This document shows, one piece after another, positions 1 through 13,500 of a stretch of 64,000 nt of DNA. Positions within the stretch are counted from its first letter, which is position 1; each line of letters opens with the position of its first letter. A program made the position numbers and the translations under genes. The stretch spans positions 372,001 to 436,000 of the forward strand of contig NW_002060962.1 of assembly GCF_000150275.1 (NCBI RefSeq), read 5' to 3'. The notes under the pieces were generated by a model. The model was not told the DNA's origin and made no database searches. It worked only from the letters and a program-made list of their open reading frames with translations. The stretch comes from Trichoplax adhaerens. Lineage: Eukaryota > Animalia > Placozoa.

Positions 1-165
1 CTTTGAAAATGGAAGGAAACCGTAATGATAACCCTAACTTTTTATTTACATATTATTTTCACTAAAAATTGTAGTACTGTACCAGTTTACAAATAGCTGG
101 ACTTTTATCCTAGATTTGCTATAGTAGGTATGTAATCTAAGGCGATAATATACTATCAAACAAGA

Positions 166-3100
166 CTAAGGTTCCGGAGGAGGTGGCGGAGGTGGTGGTG
201 GTGCCTGTTGCTATAGAGTAAGTACAGTAAATTCACACATCAGAAGTTTCAACATGTCAGTTTAATGACAAATAATAGTTGTAATAATCTTTTACCCATG
301 GAGCGGTACCAGGAGGTGGAGGAGCAGTGACATTTTTTGAGTCAAATCCAGGCGCTGCAGCACCAGGTTGAAGCCAAGGCGCACCACCTGGATTAGGAAC
401 ATTGGCTAGAATTAAATTAAAAGAGTAACTTCTAAGTATTTAATTAAAGTTATAATTGTCCAATAACTACGATTTATAGAGGTATGGTATTATTAAATTT
501 AGAAACAGTGATGATAAAATTCAATGCGGTTGTAGCAAAAACTTAAAAAGATTTCATCTAATCTTCATAAATCAGCATCTGAACCTTGTTGCCAAGGAGC
601 TGATGGTACAGCCGATGGATTTGTGTCCGAAGCAGCTAAACCAGGAGGAGGGGGGTTACCGCTTGGTACTGAAGAGAATAATGTACCGTATATTATTTTC
701 ATTTGATAAAGACAATAAATAAGTAAACGATTATGTAGCAAATGTTGATCTACCTGATGGACCATGTGGTAGAGGTTGTTGCATTGGTGGATATCCCCAA
801 GGTTGATAACCACCCCACGTAGGTTGAGGCATCATCGGATATCCATACGGAGGGAAAGCACCAAAACCGGGAGGACCAGGGGCCTAAGAAAAAGGTTGTA
901 GTTATGATTATATTAGAGAAAATATTCTTAAAATGGATAATATCGTGTCATATTAATATGTCTATATTATGAGAAAGAATTGTACCATAGGCATATTTGT
1001 CATAGGCATCCCTGAAGCTGGAGGCATTGGATGAGGACCACCACTAATAGGTACAGATGTCGGAGCAGGAGCAGGAGCAGGAACAGGAGCAGGAGCAGGA
1101 GCAGGAGCTGGAGGTGCAGGAACTGCTGTGGTAGAAGTAGTAGTTGCAATAGTAGCAGTTGTGATTACGGTATTAAGATTAGTAGCAGGAGTAGATGTCG
1201 CTGCACTAGTAGTATCTGGTTTCTTAGTAATTTCTTCAGGGGCAGAGCCTTCACCCAGTTCGGCCATCAATGATAGGTACTGTGATAATCAATTACCATC
1301 AAGTTACGCCTTTCTTTAGTGGTTAAGTTGGATATCATTGCAAGTAAACTAATAACTACCAAATCGAGAGTATCACTACTTCAACAGATGGCCAATGTAA
1401 CTATAATAATCGAGTACGTTACTAAACTTAAAGGTACCCATACCTCATTATCCATTTTTTCTCTATCGATAACAGGTTCTACTGGCTCGTTACCACCTTC
1501 TTCGTTACTTCTAATTAAACCAGTAAGGAAGTGTAACATATCTAGAATATCGTGTAATATATTCTTTATAGAATAATAAAACATATTTATTTCTTACTTT
1601 TGTTTACAATCAGTTGCTACATGGCCAATACCACCGCATATGGTACATGCGATAGTACTTGTAAGATTTCGCTGCTCTGGGCATTCCCAGTAACGATGCC
1701 CAGTGGCTCCACAATTTCGACATCTATGTTGAATCATAAATAGAGTCAGGGATAATCAAACAATAAGTTTAGCTTGTAAGAAGTTATGCATACCTATTCA
1801 AATCTTCTTCTCTCAGTGTGCCATTTAATTGAGCTAGTTCACGAAGTTGCATACGTTTTAGATCATTTTGTCCTTCCGGAGAATCGATACCGCACTGAAT
1901 TATTTCATGTATCTGTAGTTAGATAATAAAATTTAGTTACAATGATAGTAGTGATTCTAGTAGTATATCTCCCAATCAGAAGTATGGTCAAAAATTTCGC
2001 AGACATATTGACGTAAAATATGTATCACTACTGGTTCATGACTACCTTGTTAACGGCAATCTTAACACCGTCAGCGGTTGAGCCAGTAATCAGTGCATGT
2101 AAAGCTTCATCTTCACCAGAATTCGGCTACAACAATAAATAAGTAGCATAAGTACATAATATCTAATTTATTCTCTAACGATTACTGAATCATAATAAAG
2201 CCTCTAAAACTTGTTTGTCTTAACCAAGTGCATGTTAAGTCATTGCATCATACTGTAACAGTCTTGATTGCCTTACATATAATTGTGCTTTTCCTTCCTT
2301 TGTTGAGCCTTTTCCTCGTATCATTATCTTAGAGTTGCTCTAAAACAAATAAAGAAAATAGAAAACATTAAGCAGAAAGTAAGTCGTATAATTAGGCATA
2401 TGTGGTGGTAATATTACTTCTTTTTCTATTCTCTTCAAGGTGTTTCCACTATGAAAAAGTAATATTGAATACATGATTAGTCCAAACAATAAAAGATTGA
2501 CAACCTCAGCAAAGTCATTAATTTAATAGTCTTATTAAAGTTACCGAGGTCCAATAAGTAGTCCGATAAAGTTAATAGTAGGATAGTCATCCTGTGGGAT
2601 CATCACCTTATCTTGGACCTTAATAGCCGGCGGCCTGAATGAATGATGTGAATCAGTTAATAAAATGAGGTCAAAATTTTGTACTTGAATCATATTGTAT
2701 TGAAATCAATAAAATGTGTCATTACTAAAATAGATTTATACCGATAATCTACAGGAGGTTTATAATTTGAATTCAAGGCCGATAATTCTTGTATGGCACT
2801 ATGCCTTTCTTCTTCGAGTTTCTTCCTTACACGAAATTCTCTGGTATTTAATCTTTTACCATCATTACTATAAAGTGGTTCCGGCGACGGGGAACTGTTT
2901 ATTCAATGAAGATTTTTCAATTGATTATAACAATTGATGCATTTCGTATTTCATAATAAAAAGGGATAAATAAGCGTTTAATTCTATTACCGATCTTCTG
3001 GGTTTTCCGGAATACCTAAATCGCCAGTTCTTAACATTTTCGTAACTTCTTCTATCCTATATTGTACTATAAGCATGTCGTAATAAGATAAGTATTTACG

Positions 3101-4484
3101 TCGTGGGTAAATATCCATGTCTAATCTGAATAAACTGAAGGTATATCCAGCAAGCCATATTCTGATGTGTACTACCTTGTATTGTAGTATTACTTTTCAC
3201 ATTAATACTCGATTACGAAAGCAAAAACTAGCATGCCCTTTATGGAGTAACATTATGTATGCATCTATATGCTACATTCATTGACGTAGAGGAGCAGTAA
3301 AACACTTCTAAAGTTCTAGACGTCCTCGATAATATGTATCAAGGCACAATTAAACGAGATATGGGAGTAGGGTAGACATAATGTAGTAAGAATCATTATT
3401 ACAGATGTCCATTAATACCGTCACCAAAATTTATGAATGAACTTAGAGATCATTCATACGCAAGCTGTATGCGTAAATGTAGGTTAACTTAGATAATGAT
3501 GACTTTAGAATTAACAATGGTGTCAGACATTCGCAGACATTACACCAGCTGCAAATTCCCTTCAAATAATTTTAATGATAGCCATTATGTAGAAGTCTAC
3601 CAACATGATCCTAAGTTATAGATGAGTACTAACTAAATAGAATGGTAAAGTTTTCAATCTGGAAATTCATCCATTACAATTTCACTTAGAATGTATTGGA
3701 AAGAGTAGTAAAAGAGCGTATGCAATTTCATTTGAACAACTCGAGCACTCTATTCTATCTACTCTTTTAATTTCAACGCTTTATTATGCAGCACGGTATG
3801 GCATATCATGGCAGTGAAGTGAATTATTACTAGGATATTTGCTAGAACAACAACTAATCCGTAACTGGTCTTTCTACTTTGAGAGGGCATGAATAGAATG
3901 ATATCATAACAAAGTAGTTGCACTTGTAGAATGAGGTAGATAGGCCTATCGTATTGTACGGGTTGGAGTAAGTTGTAGAGAAATTTGGACAGATACTCAC
4001 ACAAGTATTGCTTTTTCTGATCCTCTGTAGCATTTGTCGGGATGACTGTGGGCATGCCTGGTAGAATACTTTTCGATTCTTCGGAAGCCCAACGACTTCT
4101 ACGTTTTCTTTTTCTTTGAGCGTCTCCAGTTCCTAATATTATAATAATAGAAAAGAGATGATTTCAAGATGGGGCCCACTCGTTATAGTACAGTATAGTG
4201 TGATCCATCTGAAGCTATAGCATTGTCAATGATCTCAATCAAGTTACTGTACAATTTGGCAAACATTACAACTATTTGTGCCTGCAATGGATTGGAGCAT
4301 AGATCAACAATTTCAATGAAAGAATCATTTCTTGACTGTGTATCAAGTATCGCCTAGAGTCGATAGCTATACAAGGGACTACAAGACTGGTGTCGTCTCC
4401 ACTGTACATACCATCATCTGCTGAACGCTTGTATTGGATATCGTCGTTATTATTACCGTTGCTACCTTGGATAACAGCGCTCAT
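166..4484 (-). CDS. SF1: Splicing factor 1 / branchpoint-binding protein, 16 exons, ~557 aa. Exons: 4484-4412, 4132-4001, 3066-2991, 2894-2742, 2634-2545, 2448-2418, 2339-2277, 2126-2046, 1912-1794, 1723-1598, 1510-1444, 1279-986, 883-754, 668-585, 405-296, 210-166
   Basis: Manual splicing at GT-AG with consistent phases gives [25 protein letters not shown]2 ([27 protein letters not shown]...KIMIRGKGS...[19 protein letters not shown]), two CCHC knuckles ([28 protein letters not shown]), [13 protein letters not shown] and a Pro-rich tail. The first exon and the last three exons are less certain. Confidence 0.95.
1062..1110. repeat. Coding hexamer repeat (GCAGGA)n encoding a (Pro-Ala)n linker in SF1 exon 12
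   Basis: ggagcaggagcaggagcaggaacaggagcaggagcaggagcaggagc; the minus strand reads [17 protein letters not shown]. Confidence 0.85.
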
Positions 4485-5949
4485 TTTCTTAACTTCTTCA
4501 ATGTGTGTAAGGCGTCTCAATAGAACTCTAGTTCTGCTACTTGCAGGACGATAAATAGAGACAGGAATCGATGTCGATTCTGTCAAGAAATTAAACTACT
4601 TGACCAGTGAGAAAGAGAAGGAAACCTTTCTTTCACTTTGCACTTCACTCTTTTGAACACATGAAGTTGGAAGTAGAGTCGCGCGTGCAGTCAGGCGCGC
4701 AGTCCGTCACACAGGCCTTTTTCCACTGACGTCCAACTAGACTCACCACGGCCAGTCTGTCATTATACAGTACTATATAGTTGCTACCATGTTGCAGCAG
4801 CACCATGGTCGCCACCAGACCTACAGTACTGTACTGTAGGGACCAAAAAGAAAGAACGCAGAGTGCACAGTACGTACTGTACAGTAAAGTGTACAGAATT
4901 TCACCTTAAAATGACGAAAACTTGTACTGTACAGTCCAGTACAGTACTGTACACTGACTTCTTGCTACCAGCTGAAACGCTTAACAGTGTATGACATACA
5001 GACTGACAGAGGGGACTCTACTTCGACTGACTTCCAAGTAGACTTACCACGGTCACATTGTATTATACTATATAGTTGCGTCAGGTCTAGTTGCTACCAT
5101 GGTTAGCACCAGCACCATGGTCGCCACCAGACCTAGGGACCAAAAAAGAAAGAACGCACAGTGTACAGTACGTACATGTACTGTAATATACAGTATGACA
5201 TACTGTACTGTATACAGACTGACGTCGAAGTAGTGTCACCACTGTCAGTCTGTAATTTTATTGTACTATACAGTACAGTATTGTTGCTACCATTTGTGTG
5301 CCATGGTAGCTCACCAGGCCTAGGGACCAAAAAGAGAAGAACGCACAGTGCACAGTACGTACAGTACACTGTAGTGTACAGTACTGTACTGTACTGTACA
5401 GTACAGAGAAAATTTCACCCCCAAATAATTAAAACGTGTACTGTACTGTACTGTTTACACGGACTTCTTGCTACCACTTGAAACGCATTACAGTGTACTG
5501 TTCTGAGTGTATTCGTTCTTTTCTCGAGTTGGAAATCGGAGGGGGAAGGGAGGGAATTTTCTCTTCGAGTACTGTAGTCTCTGGTAATAGGAGGGTTAGG
5601 GTTAGGGTCAGTAGAACTTAGTACACAGTAGTCATTAAGCCTACAGTGTACAGTTCGAAACTGAAGTACTGTACGTACTGTACAGTGATATCATTGGCTA
5701 TGGAGATGACTACAGTGCAAAGTCTTTCTTTACAGTGTACAGTACGCATAGTACTGTAAAATTGGCAGTAACTGGACTGTGTCCACTACTACAGTACAGT
5801 ACTGTACGGTATGGTCCCTACTGTACACTGTACACTGTACAGTATACCCGTACAGTACTGGACTGCACTGTCACCAACTTGTCACCCAGTTGAGCACAGA
5901 TTCGTGATACGGTAGTGGAAGTGGGAGAGCAGCGGAAAGAGATTGCAAA
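4485..5949. promoter_or_regulatory. Divergent (bidirectional) SF1/CMC1 promoter region, dense in TACAGT/ACTGTA/CAGTACTG motifs
   Basis: Head-to-head ATGs at 4484(-) and 5950(+); dozens of tacagt/actgta hexamers; a CpG-rich gcgcg patch near 4680-4700. Confidence 0.6.
4735..5500. repeat. Degenerate triplicated module (~250-300 bp) upstream of SF1
   Basis: Blocks gttgctaccat...ccatggt...agggaccaaaaa(a)ga(g)aagaacgca.agtg.acagtacgtac recur at ~4780, ~5090 and ~5285. aatttcacc...gacttcttgctacca..tgaaacgc recurs at ~4897 and ~5411. Confidence 0.8.
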
Positions 5950-7005
5950 ATGCCTTTAAAACCGACTGATGATAGTGAAGATCGAAGTTTAAGACATGTT
6001 GAAGAAAATGTACTAATTCCTCAGATAATAAGAAAGCGTGCTGCTAAGCTATGCAACGTCCAAGCTCAAAGTACGTAAGTTAGGACGAGCATGATGAAGT
6101 CAATGGATGCAAGGGTTGGTTGCACGTCTTTTACTCAGCTTGCAAGATCATGCTTAGTCGTATTCGTTATTATCATATCGCCACTGCCTTGTTATAAACT
6201 CTATTTTACAGTTATGATCAACGGATTAATAAGCAAGCGAGACTAAAGGACGTTGCAATACACGCGTATTCGTTATTTCTTATAATAAACAGTTTCGCAG
6301 ACTTGTATACGAGTAAGCTAGGTAGTCTTCACAACATTGATTGTAATATCCTACATCAAACATTCACTCAGCAATAGACCAATATGTGTCATAGCTACAG
6401 ATGGGCCCTTATTCTAGCCATCAACTCATATGCTTCTATTATGTTCATGGATATTTTGTAGAATTTTTCGATTGCTGTAAGGGCAGAACTGTTTCAGCAG
6501 CATGGGCTTGCCGAGCTGAAGTGAAGATGATGAACGACTGTTTAGCCAAGTAGTAAGTACATTATATTCCACTATCTCCTATTGATGCTACTACTTCTAG
6601 GAGATAAAGTTGCTGTTCATTTTCACCTTCCGTCCTAGGAAATCAACATATTACTCTTAGTAATTCATAATCTGATACATTGTACTAAAAAATAGGTCAT
6701 GGTAATTCTTGGTGTATAAATGATTATTAAGTCATTATTTCACAAACATCTCAAAATGTAGAGATCTTCTTGCTAACATATAAACTGCCACTGTTGTGTA
6801 AGCTAATTTAGCTGGTATTTGATCAATTTATGATAGCTACACAGATCCAGCTTTCTTCGAGGAGTGTAAAGAAAGTTATCTAGCAGAAAGAGCGCACTTT
6901 CGAAAGACAGGAGTTAATCCAAACAGAGTTAACAGGAGACGTGGTCGGACAAGTAGCTTTGAATCTCCCGAACAAGAAAATACAGAACAGCTTAGTTCTC
7001 AATAA
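5950..7005 (+). CDS. CMC1: COX assembly mitochondrial protein (twin CX9C), 3 exons 5950-6070, 6462-6552, 6837-7005, ~126 aa
   Basis: Spliced translation MPLKPTDDSEDRSLRHVEENVLIPQIIRKRAAKLCNVQAQKFFDCCKGRTVSAAWACRAEVKMMNDCLAKYYTDPAFFEECKESYLAERAHFRKTG matches the CMC1 pattern (LRHVE..VLIP, two CX9C, Y.DPAF.EECK..YL.ER..FRKTG). Not in the ORF track because the exons are short. Confidence 0.92.
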
Positions 7006-8570
7006 TATACCTACCAATGCGCAATTTTAGCCTTTGGAACAACGCGTAGTTAATGTATCATATCAGTGTTTGTGCTTCATATGTAATATCAGTTTAACCG
7101 TAATGCCTAGCATATCTTAGGAAATTATAAGAATAATTAATGACAGACACCGCTATTTCACATAGCAATACGCGATGTACTAAAATTAAAAAATCATTGG
7201 CTAATTTATGGATCGAATACATTTTTCTGACGTACAGCATCAAAGCTTCAGTTTACTTATCAATGAAAATTTCCACCACAAATGACTTCATATTCATGTT
7301 GCGTTATGCGCTATCAATTGTGTTATTTCAGGTAATCCTCACTGAATTTATAACTATCAATAGAACATAAAATTGCTTTGACGTATCTGTGTGAGATAAA
7401 TAATGCTATCGTCTGCAACACTATCGGTATATCTAAAGTATGCGTAATTATAGAAAATTATTCCAACTCCTACAAATCCTGTACTCGCCAGTTGCGAGTA
7501 CCATGATATTTCAATAAACCACAAATTTCCACAATGTTGAATCTATTGTGTTAGTTTTGAGGCGATGCACCGGTAGCATAGGAAGTTATAACCTATCAAT
7601 TAGAATTACATTTTGGACTATGTTAGCACTCATAGCAGTTGTATAATTATTTTATTTATAAATCTGTTCCATACGTATCCCAATAAATTTTGCTACCATC
7701 GTAATTGCAGAAGAATTGCATATCATAATCACAAGCAGTGATTACGATCATATCAGAATGGATCTAAAATAAGAACATTTGCTGGATAGAATGCCATTTG
7801 CAATCTACCTTTTTGAAATGCGATCCGTATTCACAGTGATCAAAAATACTGTAATAATGTGTATGCAAGACATGACAAATATGCCAACTTACTGTGAAAG
7901 CCTGATCTGTGATAATAAGTTTTTACTACTACAATATGAAATGCGTGCAACGATCGCTCCTATTTGAGAGGATAGCATTTTACCAACTTATGTTTATTTA
8001 GAAAAGTCTTTAGTACTTATACTGAATAATAAAAGTACACTGAGCTTAAAATTAAAATTATAAAGGAATTTTTAGTTCTTTATAATACTAAAATCATAAC
8101 TAATTATCTTATAAAAATTAATGAAACAAATATTAATTTCATTATATCTATCTGTCTACCGTAATATAGATTTACTATTGGCTTAGTTACGACCCAACTT
8201 ACGAGCGTTGAATACTACTTGAAATGCTATTTCTTCATATTTTCATAACATAATGTGCTAGAAACATTAATATATGCAGTAACTTAAATGATTAAGATAG
8301 TTTACTTCAGCTTTTAATATTTTTAGTTAGCCAAGCTTTCATATTAAGCAGCAATGGCAGTTCATCTACTCAAACCGTTAAGTTTCTTGTAAATTGTAAT
8401 ATACTAAAATTGACGTAATACGTCTGATAGTTAAGAAACTGAAAAATATTACTTAGACAGATATGGACATTATGACCGAACAATAATTATGTCAAATAAT
8501 TCTTATCGCAAATTAATACTTGACAATATTAAAAGCGTCTGGATATTGAATGTACTTATAAAATTTGCAT

Positions 8571-10569
8571 TTAAAATTTAGTTATGGTCTGACTTTTACG
8601 ACGAGATAACATAACAGCAAGTATAACTGTTGTCAACATGAAGACACCACACAATACGCTCAATGCAACAGTAGCGATAAATAAACGTTGTGAGATAACT
8701 TGAGATAAGGCAGTCTCAGATGAGATCGTATTCTGCTCAGTCGAAATAAATGAAGCAGTAATCGGCCTGTTTGTGGAGTCATTTGTAGGGTAATTTGTAG
8801 GTTTACTTGTAGAGCATGGGCGTGAATTTGCTGCAAGAGTAGGCAGGTATTTGTTCCAAAATTCCAATGCAGCTGGTTTGTAATCATTGCCAGCAGTCGT
8901 GGAATTGGAAATCATGATGTATCCTTTCTTGATCAAGTCATACTGTGGCCATTGTGGCGAAGTTAATAGATCATTAGGGTTTCTAAATATTTAAAAGAAA
9001 AATAAGAAAAAATTTAATAAATCGTACTTAATGAATTCAATTGCTATATCAAACCTAAGGGATTATCGATATAGCTCACCCTGTCTTGATGAAATTTGCC
9101 CACATACGCATGACTTTCTTGCTAACAGTTTGATCAATCCCAACAAATTTTTCCGGATACGAACTAGGTGGATTAATAGGATATCCAAACACATAAGAAA
9201 TTTCTGAAGCGTGAGTAGCACCGTAATATTCTGGAAAGTAGATGGAATTAGCTGGACGTCGATTAAAAACATAAAAATAAGTCGGCAATCCTTGCTTAAC
9301 ATATTGATTTGCGCATCGTATAGTTGGCGCTAAAAATACAGCATCAGTATTAGCTATACCCATCTGTTCTCGGTTAGCTATTGGTGAGGTAATATTATGC
9401 CAATCGCTGTATTTATATATAATAGCATTAACTGCATTTTGACCAAAGCTTCCATAAGATGCTTGGGCTAGTTGTTTAAAAGTATTTCGGTCTATGCCAT
9501 GTGGTAATCCGTTAAAACTATTGAAGGAAAGCGTTCCATCATCTTTAGTTATACCTGTTAAAACTTTTATCTTCTTATTAAACGAGTTATTATTCAATAA
9601 GGTAACCGGATTATCTGGCAGTAATACCATATCGACAACTGGTTTAAAGGCAAAAAAGCTCGCTTTTAAGAGTATTAATTGAGCATTGAGTAACTGTTCA
9701 GTTGATAATTCCTTAATACATGTAGAACTAAGCTGGGTGGAACTTCGACTACAATTCGTTACTTGCGCTAACAGATTAAACTGTGCTTGAACTTGCAATA
9801 GCGTATAGCTTCCAATATCTAATAGTAATGGACCACTTTGTATGATTACTGCACGATAATATGGAAAGCTACTGGGCATGATAGTATGGTAAGCCACAGA
9901 GAATGCGCCAGCAGAATTACCAGCAATCGTTACTCTTTTTGGATCGCCACCAAATCGTTGAATATTTTTAGCTACCCATTTTAGAGCTAATTGCTGATCC
10001 AAGAGACCATTATTAGCCGCAAATTCTCGTTGCGTTCCACTTTCACCACTTGACATAAATCCAAAAATGCCTAACCTGTAATTTAATGTTACAACAACAA
10101 TATTCTCCGAAGCGGCTAGAGTTTGGCCTTGCCACCATGCCCCAGAACCTACAATTAATCGACCACCATGAATCCAGACCAGGACAGAGAGATTGCCATC
10201 AACACTAGGCTCTGGCGTAAACACATTTAAATATAGGCAGTCTTCATTAATTTGAGATGATGAATCTTGTTGATCTAGCCAAGATATAGGTGTCTTTTGC
10301 GGGCAAGATGCTGAATATTGGCTAGCATTTTTAACACCAGTCCAATTCATACGCAATTCGTTTGGTGGTTGAAATCGCCTTTCATTAATAGGGGGCATAG
10401 CATAAGGTATGCCCCGATATATATAAATATCTTGTCCATATAAATTTACCATTGTTCCAATAACTTGTCCACGATCGGTGTTAACAACGATATTACTTAA
10501 AGTAAAATTCGGCCAAAATAATACCAAAAAGAATGAAAAAATAAAATAATGGATAGCAAAAAGTCTCAT
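8571..10569 (-). CDS. Membrane-anchored type-B carboxylesterase 1 (exons 10569-9080, 8982-8571; ~633 aa)
   Basis: Signal peptide, GIPYA, SCPQ..EDCLYLN, WIHGGR, NYRLG, GNSAG, TKDDG, GATHASE. Phase-2 intron at KTG|NP. Exon 2 gives WPQY, FWNKYLP, S/T stalk, TM and tail RRKSQTITKF. Confidence 0.9.
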
Positions 10570-13500
10570 ATTGGAATCTCTAATAGTAAGAAAGTTAAAG
10601 TTTAAAACTCAAATGATATTTATAGACACTTAAAAGATTTTATTAATTAGCTAATAAACTTTATCGAATTGTTTACCAATAAGATTCTTATTTCTACAAA
10701 GAAATCCTTATAGATGATGGCGACAAGAGAGCCCTAGATTAGCTAAATGCCTAACATGATATTAAAGGTTGATGCGTTAAGCTACATGAAATGTTACAGT
10801 AGTGAGCTACATAGACGTATTGGTAGTTGTATAGTGTCATTAAAGTTCTCAATTTTAGCTTACTTAATTTCAGACTGGTTGATTATTTAAAACAATGACG
10901 CAATTAATTTATGATAATTTTTGTTCATTTACGTATTTATACGTTCTAGTGCTTAAAATTAAAACGGATGAAACGTGACATATTGGTAACTTATTGAATC
11001 ATAAAACAACTTATGTATAATGTCTACAAAACTTAACCATAGTCTAGTGTAGGAAGCTTAGCTTAGGAAAACTATCTTATTGCATGAAACATAAAATTTA
11101 TTTATGCAGAAGTAACAATGTAATATTGATATGTTGTAAGTCTAAATCTTATTGTTTTTGTCATTTTCTACGCCGGATTTCATTCTCAAGGCTAAATGTT
11201 CATAGTCAGTAGAAATATACAGTTTTGTCTGAAACAAATTCGCCAGAACGATGAAGCGCTTTAGCTAGAACCTACTCTGGTCTATTTTTACTTGTCTACT
11301 TCCTTAGCTGTTTGAGGCATTCTCAGCAAGCGATCGATTATGAATCATTGATCTCACTTATCTTCATTCCTTTAATCTGAGTTTTATTTGGCATTATTAT
11401 ATTAAAATTTGATCGTATAATTGCAAGCATCAATTATATGATTATTGCTACCAACGATTGATAGAATATGAGAAAATGACTTACAAGCAATCAAATCCTA
11501 TGGAAATCTTAATTTTCAATTAGAAATGAAAACGATAAGGCTATACATGTCATTTTTTTTTTAAATCTATCTGCATTCGTATACGCATAACTTTGGTATG
11601 TCGAGAATAATATTTCTGGGTAACTCAACCAGTTAAATTATATTTACTAGTTTGAATCACGGAAACATATACATTACCACTATTGGCTCTATCGTTATTG
11701 CAACTACATTAATCTCTTCCAGCTATACTAATTAATTATTAAGGTAGGTATCTTTAAACAAAAATAATATGGTATCAATTTAGCAAACTCGAAAATTTTA
11801 TAGTAGCAACATTAATGATTAATTAAAAACACTTCCCGATTATTATGAATTGTTCATCCTGAAAAGTTAATATGGCTATTTAAAATGTACTCTCAATAAT
11901 ATACTTACAATTTTGGAAAATTAGAAAACAACTGATTGCAATAGTAAGAGCGATATACTGTGGCTGGATGATACTATTGTACTATTTTCTAATAGATCGG
12001 TAAAAGTTCAAAAATCACGAGATCGCTTTACTAATAATCTCAATCGTCAAATCGTTTCACGCGATTTGTTGATTCTAGCTTCATTAATTGTATAACTACT
12101 ATTATTGTCTATTATCCAGCTCAATGTAAAATCAATTAAAATTTACGCAGAATTTAATGAATAAAAACAATGAAGGTAGGGGTATTTTTAATTACCGGTA
12201 ATTTAATACTTATGGGATGACATCGTTAAAGATAGAATAATTATGATAAGAGACAATTAGGTTAGATGTCTAAGACTTATCGAAATAATGTAACTAACGA
12301 TGATAAATTAAAATACTAAAGGGATACTTGGCGAAGTCGGCAACATGATCAGCTATTGTTCGATCGATTTATGCAAATCAAGGTGAGTAATGGAATGTAA
12401 AGTTGAAACATAAAGGTTAGATTAATTAATAGCTCGGTCCTAAAGATAGAAGGTTCACATAAATGATAAGTAAACATGTTATCATTGATATTAGCACCTA
12501 CCCATACTTGACTGCATCAGACCATAGAGCAAAATTTAATAATTTGTATGTACATCTTACTATATATGTTATATATAATTACACCGTTTGATCCATAATT
12601 ACAATGTTAAGTTTATGAAAATATTAATTTCGAATGTAACCCATCCTAGTTGGATAGATAACATTATTTAAAACAATATACCGGTAGAAGCAGAGAAGTA
12701 GATTTTAGCATTATTACATTTTATCGCGTAGATTAAAATAAATTTTCTAGTTACATATAATTAATTATTTGGATAATTAATATTAATATTAACTTCATAA
12801 TTAGTGATACATAAAACGTCAAATATTTTGCTTTTCTTAAAAGATCAGCAGAATAATATAAAGCAAAATGAGTTACAAAACTAGAATTTAGAAAATTTTC
12901 TAAGCATTCTAACATACTGTACCGGCGGATTAAGTGATCTATAAGGATTATATCATCCTGTTGATAAATTGTTGTATTGCGAATTAGGAATATTATTACA
13001 CGAGAATGCAATGATATTTGAAGATTCCACATCCTTAATTAACCATATATGCCCTAACTTTTCTCGCCAACTATCAGTTACCTGCACATAAGCTTATCAA
13101 GTGTTACATGTAATGACAAATACTAAAATAATAATAGGAAACTTTTAGCGATGTCCCGCTATTTATGCTGTTTGGGTCATCCAGTCCTTAATGTAGACTG
13201 CAACTAAAGAGGATATCAATATCAAATTTATTTAGACTACTGATAGAGATAGTGCAATTAAATTAATCAGTTCGAGTTAACTAATCAGCCTAGATTAAGG
13301 CATTAATCATAAATATTATTGTGCTATATTAATCTTCTTAAGTTATATAAACTTTACTCATTAATTCTTTCTTCATTCTGTGCTATCATCATTTTTTAAT
13401 ATTTTTGAGTAGGCAATATTATAATAATTGCTATAATTCTAGTACTATAGCAAGAAATTAATAGAATAAATTTCATTACTTAAGATTATTTTCGTTAAGA

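Noticed and set aside
1031-1319. Plus-strand ORFs, including an RS-repeat 'SR protein'
   Set aside because: Antisense shadows of the Pro-Ala/Thr-rich SF1 exon 12.
3627-3633. TACTAAC branchpoint consensus inside the SF1 intron as an autoregulatory site
   Set aside because: It is on the + strand, antisense to the SF1 transcript.
5133-5621. Y/C/T/V-rich ORFs
   Set aside because: Translation products of the TACAGT low-complexity field.
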